DNA of 64,000 nt from Moniliella sp. 'wahieum' (taxonomy: Eukaryota), in NCBI GenBank assembly GCA_003971905.1, contig RSEE01000083.1:124001-188000 (forward strand). The letters run 5' to 3'. The stretch's first letter is position 1. Each line of letters begins with the position of its first letter. Both the position numbers and the translations under genes were made by a program. Under the pieces are notes generated by a model. It was not told the origin of the DNA. It was given only the letters and a program-made list of their open reading frames with translations, and did no database searches. Positions 1-10,466 of this stretch are shown piece by piece.

Positions 1-320
1 CGTCGCCTCATCAGCCCCCCTCCCAACACGATCACCCCCTCAGGCCTCCGCGCCCCATCACCCTTTCCCAACCAAATCGGCCTCCGCGCGCCGCGCCCCC
101 AACCGTATTTTTTATTTTTTGGGCCCGCCGCCACCTTCTTGCCTCCCCCTCCCCGCCCGCTCGTCCTTCTTCCTACTCTCCCACCGCCTGGCATGAACGC
201 CTCTCTTTAGGGCGACCTTTGGATCCTGCATAGCTCTCGCTGCTGTATGTCCTAGCCCTCCACCTCCGTGCTGCGCCCTGATGTTCTGACTCTCTCACTT
301 TGTGGCACAGCTGCCTCAAC

Positions 321-2369
321 ATGCCCCCCCCCATTCATACTGACTTCCACCCTGCCCCGGCCGATCGGCTGTCCTCGACACCCGAGGAGGCCCTGCTACC
401 TCCTTACGAACAGGTGGCCCGGTCTCCTGCCCCGATGTATCCCCCCAAATCTCGCCCACTCTACTCCTCTGTCGACATTCGATGGTCGGATATCTCCAAC
501 TCGGCTGCCGAGCGCAATGGCGTGGGCAGCCTGCGCGCTTTGGTCAACACAGTAGTCCCATTCACATTGTTACTCCTCCGCATCATCTCCTCCATTGTCG
601 TTTTACTGGTCCGCCTGGCTGGCCTGTCTCTTTCCCAATTGTTGGGAATCATTCATCAGACGTTGGCCAAGCTTGACAATGCGGATACGCCCGCTTTTGG
701 TCGTGGCCATCACCCCAGCGTCGATGGCGAGAGCATCTCCAGCTCGGAGACAGTGCCCCACTCCAGCCGCCGCCAACGCTTCCGCGCGGCCAGCTCATTA
801 GATGAGTCGATGAGTTTGCAACATTTACTTCGCTCCACCCGTTCTCGCGACGGAGTCTACATTCACCACCATCACCATCACCACAGTGGGTATGGACTCA
901 CGCCGGAAAGCGGACGCATGGCTGCCTCCGAGAGCGCCTTGGGTTTGTCGTTCGATTCTTCACCGGAGGATGAGCTCGAAGAGATGGATGATGATGACGA
1001 CTCGCGCGAAATGCTGGGCGCGGAAACCCCTCGCGGCCGCGTGAGTGAGCACGAAGAATCCCAAGATGCTTTCGCACGCAAACTAGCCCACATGGCCCTA
1101 CAGGCCCAGGCTCAGCTGGACCGCCGCTTGGCCCGGGGCGAGATTAGTGCGGATGGCACGATCACTGCATTGAGTCCGTCGGACTTGGACCCGGATTCAT
1201 CCGACGACTCGCCCATGGAGGGCGCAGGGACTACCCCTGCGCCGGAAGTCGTCTCGATCACTTCCACCGACCCGACCACGTCGCTGTCAAATGCCCCGAT
1301 GACTGTGCCCATGAACGGTGCCGTCACGCCGCATGCACTTCCGTCCGCCCTTGCCTCACCCTTGGGAACTGATGCTTCCAAGTGGGCCCTTCCTCTCGAC
1401 GAACTCTTGGCCCCTTCGTCGGTACCTCCCTCCCTCGGCCGGCGTTCCTCTGCGCCAGCTTCCATTCTTCGGCGCTCGATGGGGGGCAGTTCAAGGTCCG
1501 GCGGCAGTCCGGGCCTAGGCAACAGCGACTACGTACCGCCTTCGGAGGCAGAGTCGATGACGATCAATGACTCTCAACAAGGGTCCTCCAGCACAGGGCG
1601 GAGGATCAAGTTGGTAGAGCCCAACTGGGAGCCGTACGTCGAGTCCCATGTGCGCGCTCGGGCGCGCGTGCAACTCAATACGCTACTTCAGGCGGCCCGT
1701 GCGGAACGAGGCAGCAAATCAGCTCTGCGTTCGGATTTGCGAATGCACGCTCTCTCGGTTCATGCGGCACATACCAGCCAGCACGCTCAGTTGCACGCCC
1801 GCTCGCACACCCAAGCGCACAATCTTGCGTGCCAAGACCAAGCCTCGATCGCATCTGATAAGACCGAGACGGATAAGTTTGGTCCACTGCCCATGGAACG
1901 CATCCGGTCTTCTTCCGTTGCCTCGGCTGGCTCACTCGGCACGGCCTCCGTTTCGACGGCCACCTCGTCGTTGGCCCCGACGGAAGAGGAAGAAGAGACG
2001 CCGTCGTTGTACTTTGAAAGCCTCTACCCTGGCACGGCGGCTAGCAAGGATTGGGACTTCCGCAAAAAGCCGCAGAGTCAGGGTCCCCCCCTGGATGTGC
2101 TGGCCGACATGCTGTTCGATCCCATGAGTCCGTTGCCCATGGGCTCGGATTCGGTCGCCTCGACCGACCGCGCTCGCCGTCGTTCGTCCCGCCACGCTCA
2201 CCGCTCTGCTTCCTCGCGCATCCTTTCCCGCCCCGGAGCGGCGTCGGCGGTGCTGCAAGCCCGCACCGCGGGCATGTCCACCCTGACTAACCCACCGAGG
2301 GAGGACAGCCCGGAGCAAACCAGTCGGCACCGCCACCACCACCACGGCCGTCACCACCGTCGCCACTGA
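321..2369 (+). CDS. Hypothetical protein (~682 aa) with an N-terminal hydrophobic/transmembrane segment and a long disordered Ser/Pro/acidic tail
   Basis: Uninterrupted 2-kb ORF from ATG at 321 (MPPPIHTDF) to TGA at 2369. Hydrophobic stretch VVPFTLLLLRIISSIVVLLVRLAGLSLSQLLGII, His runs, pyrimidine-rich 3' flank. No family recognised. Confidence 0.8.
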   Translation: MPPPIHTDFHPAPADRLSSTPEEALLPPYEQVARSPAPMYPPKSRPLYSSVDIRWSDISNSAAERNGVGSLRALVNTVVPFTLLLLRIISSIVVLLVRLAGLSLSQLLGIIHQTLAKLDNADTPAFGRGHHPSVDGESISSSETVPHSSRRQRFRAASSLDESMSLQHLLRSTRSRDGVYIHHHHHHHSGYGLTPESGRMAASESALGLSFDSSPEDELEEMDDDDDSREMLGAETPRGRVSEHEESQDAFARKLAHMALQAQAQLDRRLARGEISADGTITALSPSDLDPDSSDDSPMEGAGTTPAPEVVSITSTDPTTSLSNAPMTVPMNGAVTPHALPSALASPLGTDASKWALPLDELLAPSSVPPSLGRRSSAPASILRRSMGGSSRSGGSPGLGNSDYVPPSEAESMTINDSQQGSSSTGRRIKLVEPNWEPYVESHVRARARVQLNTLLQAARAERGSKSALRSDLRMHALSVHAAHTSQHAQLHARSHTQAHNLACQDQASIASDKTETDKFGPLPMERIRSSSVASAGSLGTASVSTATSSLAPTEEEEETPSLYFESLYPGTAASKDWDFRKKPQSQGPPLDVLADMLFDPMSPLPMGSDSVASTDRARRRSSRHAHRSASSRILSRPGAASAVLQARTAGMSTLTNPPREDSPEQTSRHRHHHHGRHHRRH

Positions 2370-3470
2370 GTGGTTCCTTTCCATTTTTTTATACCCTCTC
2401 CCCTCTCACACTTGCCATGCATTGCGTACTACGTTGTTCTTCGTGCCATTTTAGGGGACTGCTTTGTGGTGTTGCTACCGTCAAAGCTAATTGTTCAACC
2501 TGTTTTACCCTCCTCCCCTCACCCTCCTCGCACCAGTCTCACCCTCCCATCCCCCTCCCCCAACCCCGCGTAAGTTTGCTGTATTGTATTACCGGGTGCA
2601 TTGCCCATTTGCCCACATTTGACCCGTATCAATCGACCCCTTTCTTTTTCTCTTTATCTTTAAAGGCTCTTTGCCTCTCCTTCGCGTGCATTACCCATGT
2701 GCTCGTTTTCCTGTAACTACGTGCGTTCTGGCTTCTTTGCACGCCCGGCCATGCGCTCCAACGAACCTTGCAATGCAACGTAACGCATAACGCACAACGC
2801 ACTTGACGCTGATACTGTGCCCGGCGCGAGATGCCGGTGGATCGTGCGCTAAGTACAGCAAGGGAGCGGCCCCAGGGAAGCTATCGATAACGAGAGTACT
2901 ACGGGAGTCTAGTAGCCGACGGAGTGGGTGGGCAAGAGCCCTTCGGCCACCTTTTCCTCACGTCGCGTCGCATCCGTATCGCTGCACCGTACGATTTCCG
3001 ACACGCCATCGAGGTCATCCGGTGTCGGGCCTGAGCCTGAGGCCCCGGAGGCTCCTATGGCGTCCTGTGCATCCTCTCTGGGCTCGTCCTACTTCTTTCG
3101 TCCTCCGTTGTGCCGCCGCCACCTGTCACACTGTCATGAGCACGTCCTTCTTGGTATACTTCACGTCACGCGTCACGTCTGAGATCTGACCTCAGACTGG
3201 TGAGTCGGTGTACCGGTGACCGGTGACCTCACTAGCCACTATAGTCACTGGCTTCCAGCATCAAGCTTCAGGCATCCTTTTGGGCCTTAGGTCCGATGTC
3301 GTGCGGCAACAAGGCTAGTGGGGGGGGACGGAGCACAGCCGCTTGGTACCAATGTCCAAGCGACGGCCATTCCCAGCCTTCCCCAACTCTCAGCCCTTAG
3401 TCATTCTGTAGCTGATCGCGACTGCAGCGTCGTGCTCTCGATCATAGTGATCAGGTCCGACTGTCAACGG

Positions 3471-3667
3471 ACTGCCGAACAGGCCTGCTCTCTGGAGCAT
3501 CGCACTGAGAGAGCCACTTGCGCTCACGCTTACTTTAGTCACTGTACTGCCGAGCTGGTCTGTTCTCTGGAGCATCGCACTGAGAGAGCCACTGGTGCTC
3601 ACGCTTAGTTAGTCACTGTACCGCCGAGCTCTTAGTCAATGTACTGCCGAGCGGGTCTGCTCTCTGG
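3471..3667. repeat. Tandem repeat with ~75-bp unit (2 full copies plus 2 partial copies)
   Basis: Unit 1 at 3471-3545 and unit 2 at 3546-3619 share tctctggagcatcgcactgagagagccact..gctcacgctta..ttagtcactgt. Truncated copies at 3620-3642 and 3643-3667. Confidence 0.9.
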
Positions 3668-4216
3668 TGCCTCCCTCAGAGAGACATGGGCTGACGCGTA
3701 GTCAGATATGGTCTGGTGCCTGGGACACAGCTGGGCTGTCAGGAGGACATGCCGTTGCGGTTATGCCGCTACTACGAAGTCCGATAGTTAGGCCGATGGC
3801 CGCGAGCTTGTCACTTGCACAACCCACGGTCAGGCAGTACACTGCTAGAGCCTGCCTTGCTGTGTCAACTCCTTTTATAATCAGGAAATGGTCAGGGAGG
3901 AGGTATAGCAACAGGTTCTGTGCCAAGGAATCTTGAGCTTGACCCCTCTTGCGTCCTTCCCCCTGACCATGGTGCTCATTGAGGGCAATGAAGCGTACCT
4001 AACGCGATGCATTTCTATGGCCTGGTCTCCATTCCCAAGTAGAACTTCGTCTTCCTGCTCGGTGCCAGGGCGAAGGTGGAGGTTGTGGTGGAGAGATGGG
4101 GAGTTGGCCAAGGTTACCCGTGATTGGAACTTTTGGGGTCGTGGGACATGTGACATGTGACTGACTGCGTTGCCGCATACTGGATGGAAACCCAATCTAG
4201 AGGCCAAGCATGCTTT

Positions 4217-6646
4217 TTACGGCTTGGGGGGCGTGGACCGAACTGCGCGCCCGGCCCCGGCATGGAGCATCAACATCCGCTTGGCCGGACCCAACTCGTT
4301 GAGCAAGTCCATCCCTGCGCCCCGGGCGTAGGTCACTACGTCCCCCACGGCGCCCAGCACGGCCTTGCGCACCGGACTCTCGGCCTCGGCCACCCGGTCG
4401 GCCTCGGCGCCCATCCCGTGCCGCGGCAACGGCGGCGCACCACCCAGGCTGAACAACCAATGCAGGTGGTCCGCCGCACTGATCATCATTTGGTTGGCAG
4501 CGTAGCGCGCAGCCGGGTACGCCGCCAACGCCGTGCCGGACCCCACCTCCACCCCGTCCTGCCACCGCAGCAGTAAGCGTGGTGCTGAGCGCTTGGGCAT
4601 CTGCCAGGCCCAAGTTGAGACCTTGCCCCGCCAAAGGGTGCGTCGAATGTGCCGCATCGCCCACCAAGACCGTACGCGGTCGCGCTGCATTTTTGCCCGC
4701 TGCTTCCGGTGCGACACCGAGCATGCCCAGCGCTGTGGCCAGCAGGTCGGACGGCATGGGCCAGGGCAACTGAGAGTAGACTCGGCTCCGAAGCTGATCC
4801 AGCTTGCATCTCGTGCGCCGGCCCAGGCAACGACGACGGCGCGTACCGCAACGACGCACCCGTGTACGCGTCCACATGACGAACTTGCAGTGGGAAGCTG
4901 GCTACCGAGCGCGTTTCCACGCTCTGCACGGGCGGTGGCGCACAACCCACAGCTTCCCCCGGCGGGTAGGCCGGAAGCGAAGTCAATCCGCCCGCTTGCA
5001 CCACCGCTTCAGCAATCGCCGTCACAGCTGCCCGCCCGGCCTGGGCAGCGGCATCGCTATCGTCGTCGCCTTGGAGGTTTTGGAGAGTGGCATGACGGTG
5101 CTCAACCACCGCGGCTTGAAGGATAGGTTGCAGCAGGTCCCACGGTAACCGGAACGCTGCGCTGCGCTGACCAGCTCGGCCAACGGATCGACGGGCGTAG
5201 TGGCTTGCGTCGAGCGATTGATCCATTCCAGCGCAGCACAGATGGGAGGGGGTAAGGACCACACATCGATCCCGTATCCGGGGCCAGCTACACAGTCGAG
5301 CAGAGGGTAAGTACATAGAACGGAGAGAACAAACGCAAAAGATGGAAAGACAAAGAAGAAGAAGAAGAAAAGAAGAAGAAGAAGAAAATAAGAGAAGAAG
5401 AGAAGAAGAGAGAAAAAAAAGAAGAGAAGAAGAAGAAGAAGAAGAACGACGGGAGGAAGGCAATAGGTCCACTGGGCAGGAAGCGCTGCCACGCCGTGTG
5501 GCCCTGCAGACCGGCATGGGCATCCGTTGGGTCGGCGGGCTCGAGTCCAGTCCTCGGCAGGTACCCCCCAAATCCAGGGCGGCGGCGGCGGCAACACACA
5601 GTGCAAGGTCGCGACCAAGCCGCGGCGGTTGTACGCGTGACCAAATGCGCCGATTTGTGCGTATTTGCCCACGGGACCGCGCGGGCTGTCTGCGCCGACA
5701 AGGAGGCGCGTGGCGAGCTGTTGGGTTGGGGCGTCGTGGGTAGACAAGGTGAGAACAGGCCATTGGTCGACATGGGACGAAGGATGGGGCGGGAGCGGCA
5801 CCCCACTTGCCGTTCCAGCGTCATACGCCACAATGTCCGCCACCTTGGTCTTGTCCCGCACCTGCACCGTCACGTTCTCGGTGCCGAGGCGGGAAAGGTA
5901 GGCGAGCATGGCATGCTGCAGGTTGGCAATCTCGACGATAGGACAGCACGTGGGTGGGCTTCTTGGCCGGAACAGCCCAGGTAGCCGGATCGTCATCGGC
6001 CAAGTCGGCCGCATCAAAGTGCAGCTCCGTCCCGGCGGGCGCGCGCATCGGACACGTGCATGTCGGTCAGGGCGCGAATGCGGGACCACACCAGGTGGGG
6101 GGCCACGCCGATCGTCTCGAGCCAGGCCATGTTGGCCGCCGTGACACTGACCACGCGGTTGGACCAAGGGAGCTCGCCTGCGTCCGTTCCATCCTCCTGC
6201 ACGCGACGAGGGAAGCGGCGGAGCGGGTCGAGAGACGACGCCTCGAGCACCGTGATCCGCACCCCGGTGGGCGACTTGGACTGGATCAGGCCGTGCGCCA
6301 GGCCACAGGCCACGGCCAGGCCGGCGGGGCCGGCGCCGACAACAGCAATGTCTGTCTCGGCTCTTGGCAGCGGGGGGCGGGGGCGTCGGCGGACGGAGCG
6401 GCGGGCGACGGGGGCGGGGCGGAGCGGCCGTGGCGAGGCACGCGCGGACGGCAGGGCAGAAGCGCGCAGGAGCGGCGGCGCGGCCGCGTGGGCCGCGGCG
6501 GAGAGGCGGCGGCAGGGCGCGGGCGCATGGAGACGCAGCACACAGGCGGGGGGCGTGCGCGCGGTGCGCAGCGAGGCGCGCAGCACCGGGAGGGCATGTG
6601 GACGGGCGGAGGCACAAGGAGGACGCGGGCCGAGCGAGCCGAGCAT
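4217..6646 (-). CDS. COQ6: Ubiquinone biosynthesis FAD-dependent monooxygenase Coq6 (frameshifted in this sequence, at least 1 intron at ~5288-5450)
   Basis: Arg-rich presequence from ATG at 6646. FAD motif DIAVVGAGPAGLA, WSNRVVSVT, RLLVGADSPRGPV, AWQRFLPSGPIAFLP, ASFPLQVRHVDAY and TVLVGDAAHSTHPLAGQGLNLGLAD are spread over several frames. Confidence 0.92.
5351..5446. repeat. (GAA)n-like purine microsatellite inside a COQ6 intron
   Basis: About 95 bp of aag/gaa repeats between the exon encoding GPIAFLP and the TGTGTAG acceptor at 5288 (minus strand). Confidence 0.85.
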
Positions 6647-6804
6647 GCCAGATGCACGGGAAGAGCGAGGGCCCTGTGTGGCCGATGGGCCGACTGGCAC
6701 TCGGACGCACCCGCCTGAAATGTTCACGCAGCCCGGCCAGCGCGCCTCGATCTGGGCGGCCGCCTTTAACGTTAACCCGCCTACGCCATCCACCCCCCCC
6801 CCCC

Positions 6805-9800
6805 ATGGCCGACGCCGCCTCCGCCTCCTTCGTCCGCGGCGGCGCGGGCGTGAATGCGGCGCAATGGGCCAACATGCAGGACGTGTTCTACGCGCAGACC
6901 ACCCAGTACCCTCCTCCCCTGGAGCATCACCACCCTCGCCGCCACCCGCGTCGCGCATGCGCCCCTGGCGGCCTCGTCGCCCTCGTCCGCGACCATCCGT
7001 CCTCGCCCCCGTCCTGCCCGGCCAGCCGACGCGCATGCAGATCAGCGTCTACACCTCCGCCGGCCAGCTCGTCGAGTCCCTCCCGTGGGACGCCAACCAC
7101 CGCATCGCCGCCGTCGCATTCACCTCCACCGAGGTCCTCGTCGTCGTCCGCTCCGACGGCGTCGTGCGTCTGTACCACCTCTTCACCCCGGCCCCGCTCT
7201 ATCCTGCTCCCCATCCGAGCCCGAGGATGCGCTGCCTGGCACAGAACCCGTCCCCGGCGCCGATCCCGCACCCACCCGCCCTGTCACGTCCAAGGCAACC
7301 CAGCACACGTACATGGTGTCGTACTCCTTATCCTCGGCGTGGCCCGCGGGCGAGTCGGTGGTCGATGCGCAGCTGGATGCGGCGAGTAACACCCTCGTCC
7401 TCCTCACCAGCACAGGCTCGTTCTATGGTTGGCGTCTGCCGGCCGATGCAATTGTCGATGCTCTGCACGACCCAGACGTGGGTGCGCCGCCTCACAGAAA
7501 CCCCAGCCAAGCCAAGGACGACCCCCGGCCCCTGACGCGTGGGCCTACCCCTACTGGCCTCGCAGCGATGCGGATCGCGGTGCCAGCTCTGGGTCCGAGG
7601 GCTCAATCTCGTCTTGGTCCATCGCACGCAACCCAGCTGGAGAGGAACAACCCCCCGATGTACTCGTTTCTCCTTCATGGAGCACTTCTTTGCTTCGCCT
7701 TTCTGGCTCGTATTCCCCAAGTTCCACCTCTGCGCCCGTGTACAGCCAGCCCTCGGTGGGCGGGTGCGACGATCTAAGGTTAGCCAATGGACCCTATCAT
7801 GCCGTCCGAGCATCACCCGATGGAAGTCTTCTCTCTCTCCTTCGCAACGACTGGACTGTCGAAGTGCTTTCTTCTGATCTGGCTCGTGGACTGAGCGAGT
7901 TTGACTTGACCCCTCTTATTTCCCTCGATCCTGCCGAGCAGCCCATTGTTGGACCCGAGGAAGCGCACGTGGCTCTCCGACAAGCTGGCATCAGCCAGTT
8001 TGAGTGGTGTGGCAACATGGTAGTCGCACTTGTGCTGGAAGCAACAGCGCAAATCCTCTTGGTCGGTCCCTTTGGTGAAACTGCCTCTTTCTCCTTCTCT
8101 CCCCATTTGCAGCCACACATCTTTACCGAACCTGACGGGCTCCGCGTCCTCTCACCCGATCGCATGGACATGGTAGCCATGGTAGATGGTAAGTATTTTT
8201 GCCCTGCTCTTTCTGTATTCGGCTTCACTAACACAAGGATGTATGTGCAGAGGGCACTTGTCATATCTTTCTGCCCGGTTCGACCCCCCGGGTGCGTTGC
8301 TTTATGAGAGTAGCGAGCTCTTCTACGGACCTTCACCGCCTTCGACGACCACGCCCACTCTGGGTTCGGTGTTGGCTCCGACGCCAAGGCTATCGCCACA
8401 GAGCGTGTCAAGCGCAAACCAGGGCCGACGCTTCCATCCGTGCAATTCAATCCATGCTGCCCGAGGCGGTTCAGGCGTGTTTGCAAGCCGCCGCGCACGC
8501 TTGGCCCGCCTCGTTGCAGAAACGTTTGCTTCGTGCGGCCGAGTTGGGACAAACTTTTGTCGATTCCGCTCCGCCCCGCTCGGCCGCAGCGCGGGTCCAC
8601 GATTGGACCAACGAGGATCCCACCCAGGGCCATGATGCGATGGCGCTCTTGTCCATTGCTCAGCAACTGCGTGTGCTCAACTCCCTTCACCGCCCTGATG
8701 TTGCCCTGGGCTTAACGTGGGAGCAATGGCACCACCCCTGGGCTGGTACACGGGGTACGATGGCTCGCCTGTCCGGTCGACGCCTGCATCGGTTGGCAGT
8801 CGCCTTGGCCCGGGCCGTGCCGGACGAGACGGAGCCAGCTCGCTTGATTGCTGCTACGGCGCAGCATTGGGCACGATGCATGATCGCTGCTGCGCCGACA
8901 GGGACAAGTGCAGCAGCCATTGCTTCTACTACGTCGGGCGAACCGCGCTGGGGCATCAGCAGCAGTCCGGCCGACCTAGCTTGACGGAAACGATCGCCGC
9001 ACGTTTCTCGGCGGAACAAGTGGGATCGAGTGCGCCGTTTGCTGCTCTGGCACGCTTGGCTGGACAGATGGGTCGGTTGGGCTTGGCACGCGCCTTGGTG
9101 CGTCGCGAGCCCAAGGCGGTGGCGCAGGTGAGCTTGTTGTTGGACATGGCCGATGCCAAGGGTGCGCTCAAGGTGGCGATCCATGCGGGAGATCCTGACT
9201 TGGTTCAACATGTGCTCCGCCAAGTTCGTCGTGCGACCAGCGTGGCGGGGCTGTTGGCCATCACATTGACAGCAGGCAACGTGGGAGTGCCCCATGTGTT
9301 TTCCAATACCACCCCTGTCACCAAATTGGCAACCGTCTCGGAGCAGGCCGAACCCGAAGTGACCCAGGTCACCCGTCTTCCTGTCGCCTCGGCCCTGCTG
9401 GAGGAGTATGCGCAAGCGGAGCACCCTGATATGCTGCGGGACCTGTTCTACCAAGACGATCGGCGGGTATCCATGGCGCTACTGTTGATCGACCAAGTTC
9501 TCGCGTCCCTCTGGGCCAGAGCGACACGGAAAGCTCACGAGGCGAGGCGGTGAGAGAGCGGGGCGAGCTGTTGAAGCAGGTCAAGGCGTTATTCCAGGAC
9601 GATCGGGAACGGCAGGCGGAAGCGCGTATGACCGACTCGGCAAGCAAACTGCTGACGGTCCAAGCAGCGCTGGAGCGGGAGCTACGGAGCGAGAGCGCGA
9701 CAGCCATTCCCCTTGGTGGGGAAGAGTGTGTACGACACAATGGCTATTCTCTACCTTGCACACACACGGCGCGCGCGGAGAGAGTAGGATCGACAATGGG

Positions 9801-10086
9801 AGTTCCACCGCCCGCTCGGCGCGTTTGGCCATCGACGTCTTTACCGCCCAACGCGACTGGACCGGACTGGCTAACTGGGCCTTGCATTCGCGCCGTACGC
9901 CTGCCTGTGGCTATACGCCCGTGGTGATCGCCTTGCTACGCCGGCCAGACGGACGACCTGATGGCGATCATCGATGCGGTGCCCGAGCGCGAGCGCGACA
10001 CCCTGATGGCGGCGTTTGCAGCGCATGCCGCCGCAGTTTTCCGAGGTATGGAGCAGCTGTTTGCTCGGATCGAGGAACGCATGTAG
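6805..10086 (+). CDS. VPS16: Vacuolar sorting protein Vps16 (HOPS/CORVET subunit), frameshifted, intron 8189-8250
   Basis: Vps16 N-terminal motifs WANMQDVFY, CAPGGLVAL, ISVYTSAGQLVESLPWD, FEWCGN, ILLVGPFG and FTEPDGLRVLS. Also AIQSMLPEAVQACLQAA..LQKRLLRAAELG, LRVLNSLHRPDVALGLTWEQ, REPKAVAQVSLLL, GDPDLV and LRDLFYQDDR. GTAAGT..CACTAAC..CAG intron. Confidence 0.9.
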
Positions 10087-10466
10087 CTCGCCCTGGCCGG
10101 GGGCCGTGGACTTGGAATGGACGGTGGATGGGCGGGATAGATCCCCAGACTCGACTACGAGCCCACTGTCTCCCGTAGCCGGCGGGATGCTTTCCTTCGC
10201 TCTTGAAATGTAGGCCTCAATTGAGGACGTTGAGGCCGCGTTAATTTGTTCCACTCAAATTTCTTCCTGGCCATCGCGGCCGACTGCGGCTCAGCCTGAG
10301 CACATTACACACTTTAATTGATTTAATCGTTCCTCAGTACACGGTGTACTCAGTGAGTACTCAGTAATCGATAATCGATCATCATTGCTGAGCCGACGAG
10401 CAGACTAGATCATTAATCCTTTCCCCCTCCACCTCCTCCTCCGTCTCCTCCTCCTCCTCTCCTGCC

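Noticed and set aside
3471..3667. CRISPR-like array
   Set aside because: The units are contiguous near-identical 75-mers without unique spacers, there are no cas genes, and the context is eukaryotic.
6060..7535. Long Arg/Pro/Gly/Ala-rich ORFs overlapping real genes (also 29268-30786, 33515-34828, 54651-56822, 62971-63976)
   Set aside because: These are shadow ORFs expected in high-GC DNA. They are antisense or off-frame to recognisable genes, apart from short frameshifted pieces of those genes.
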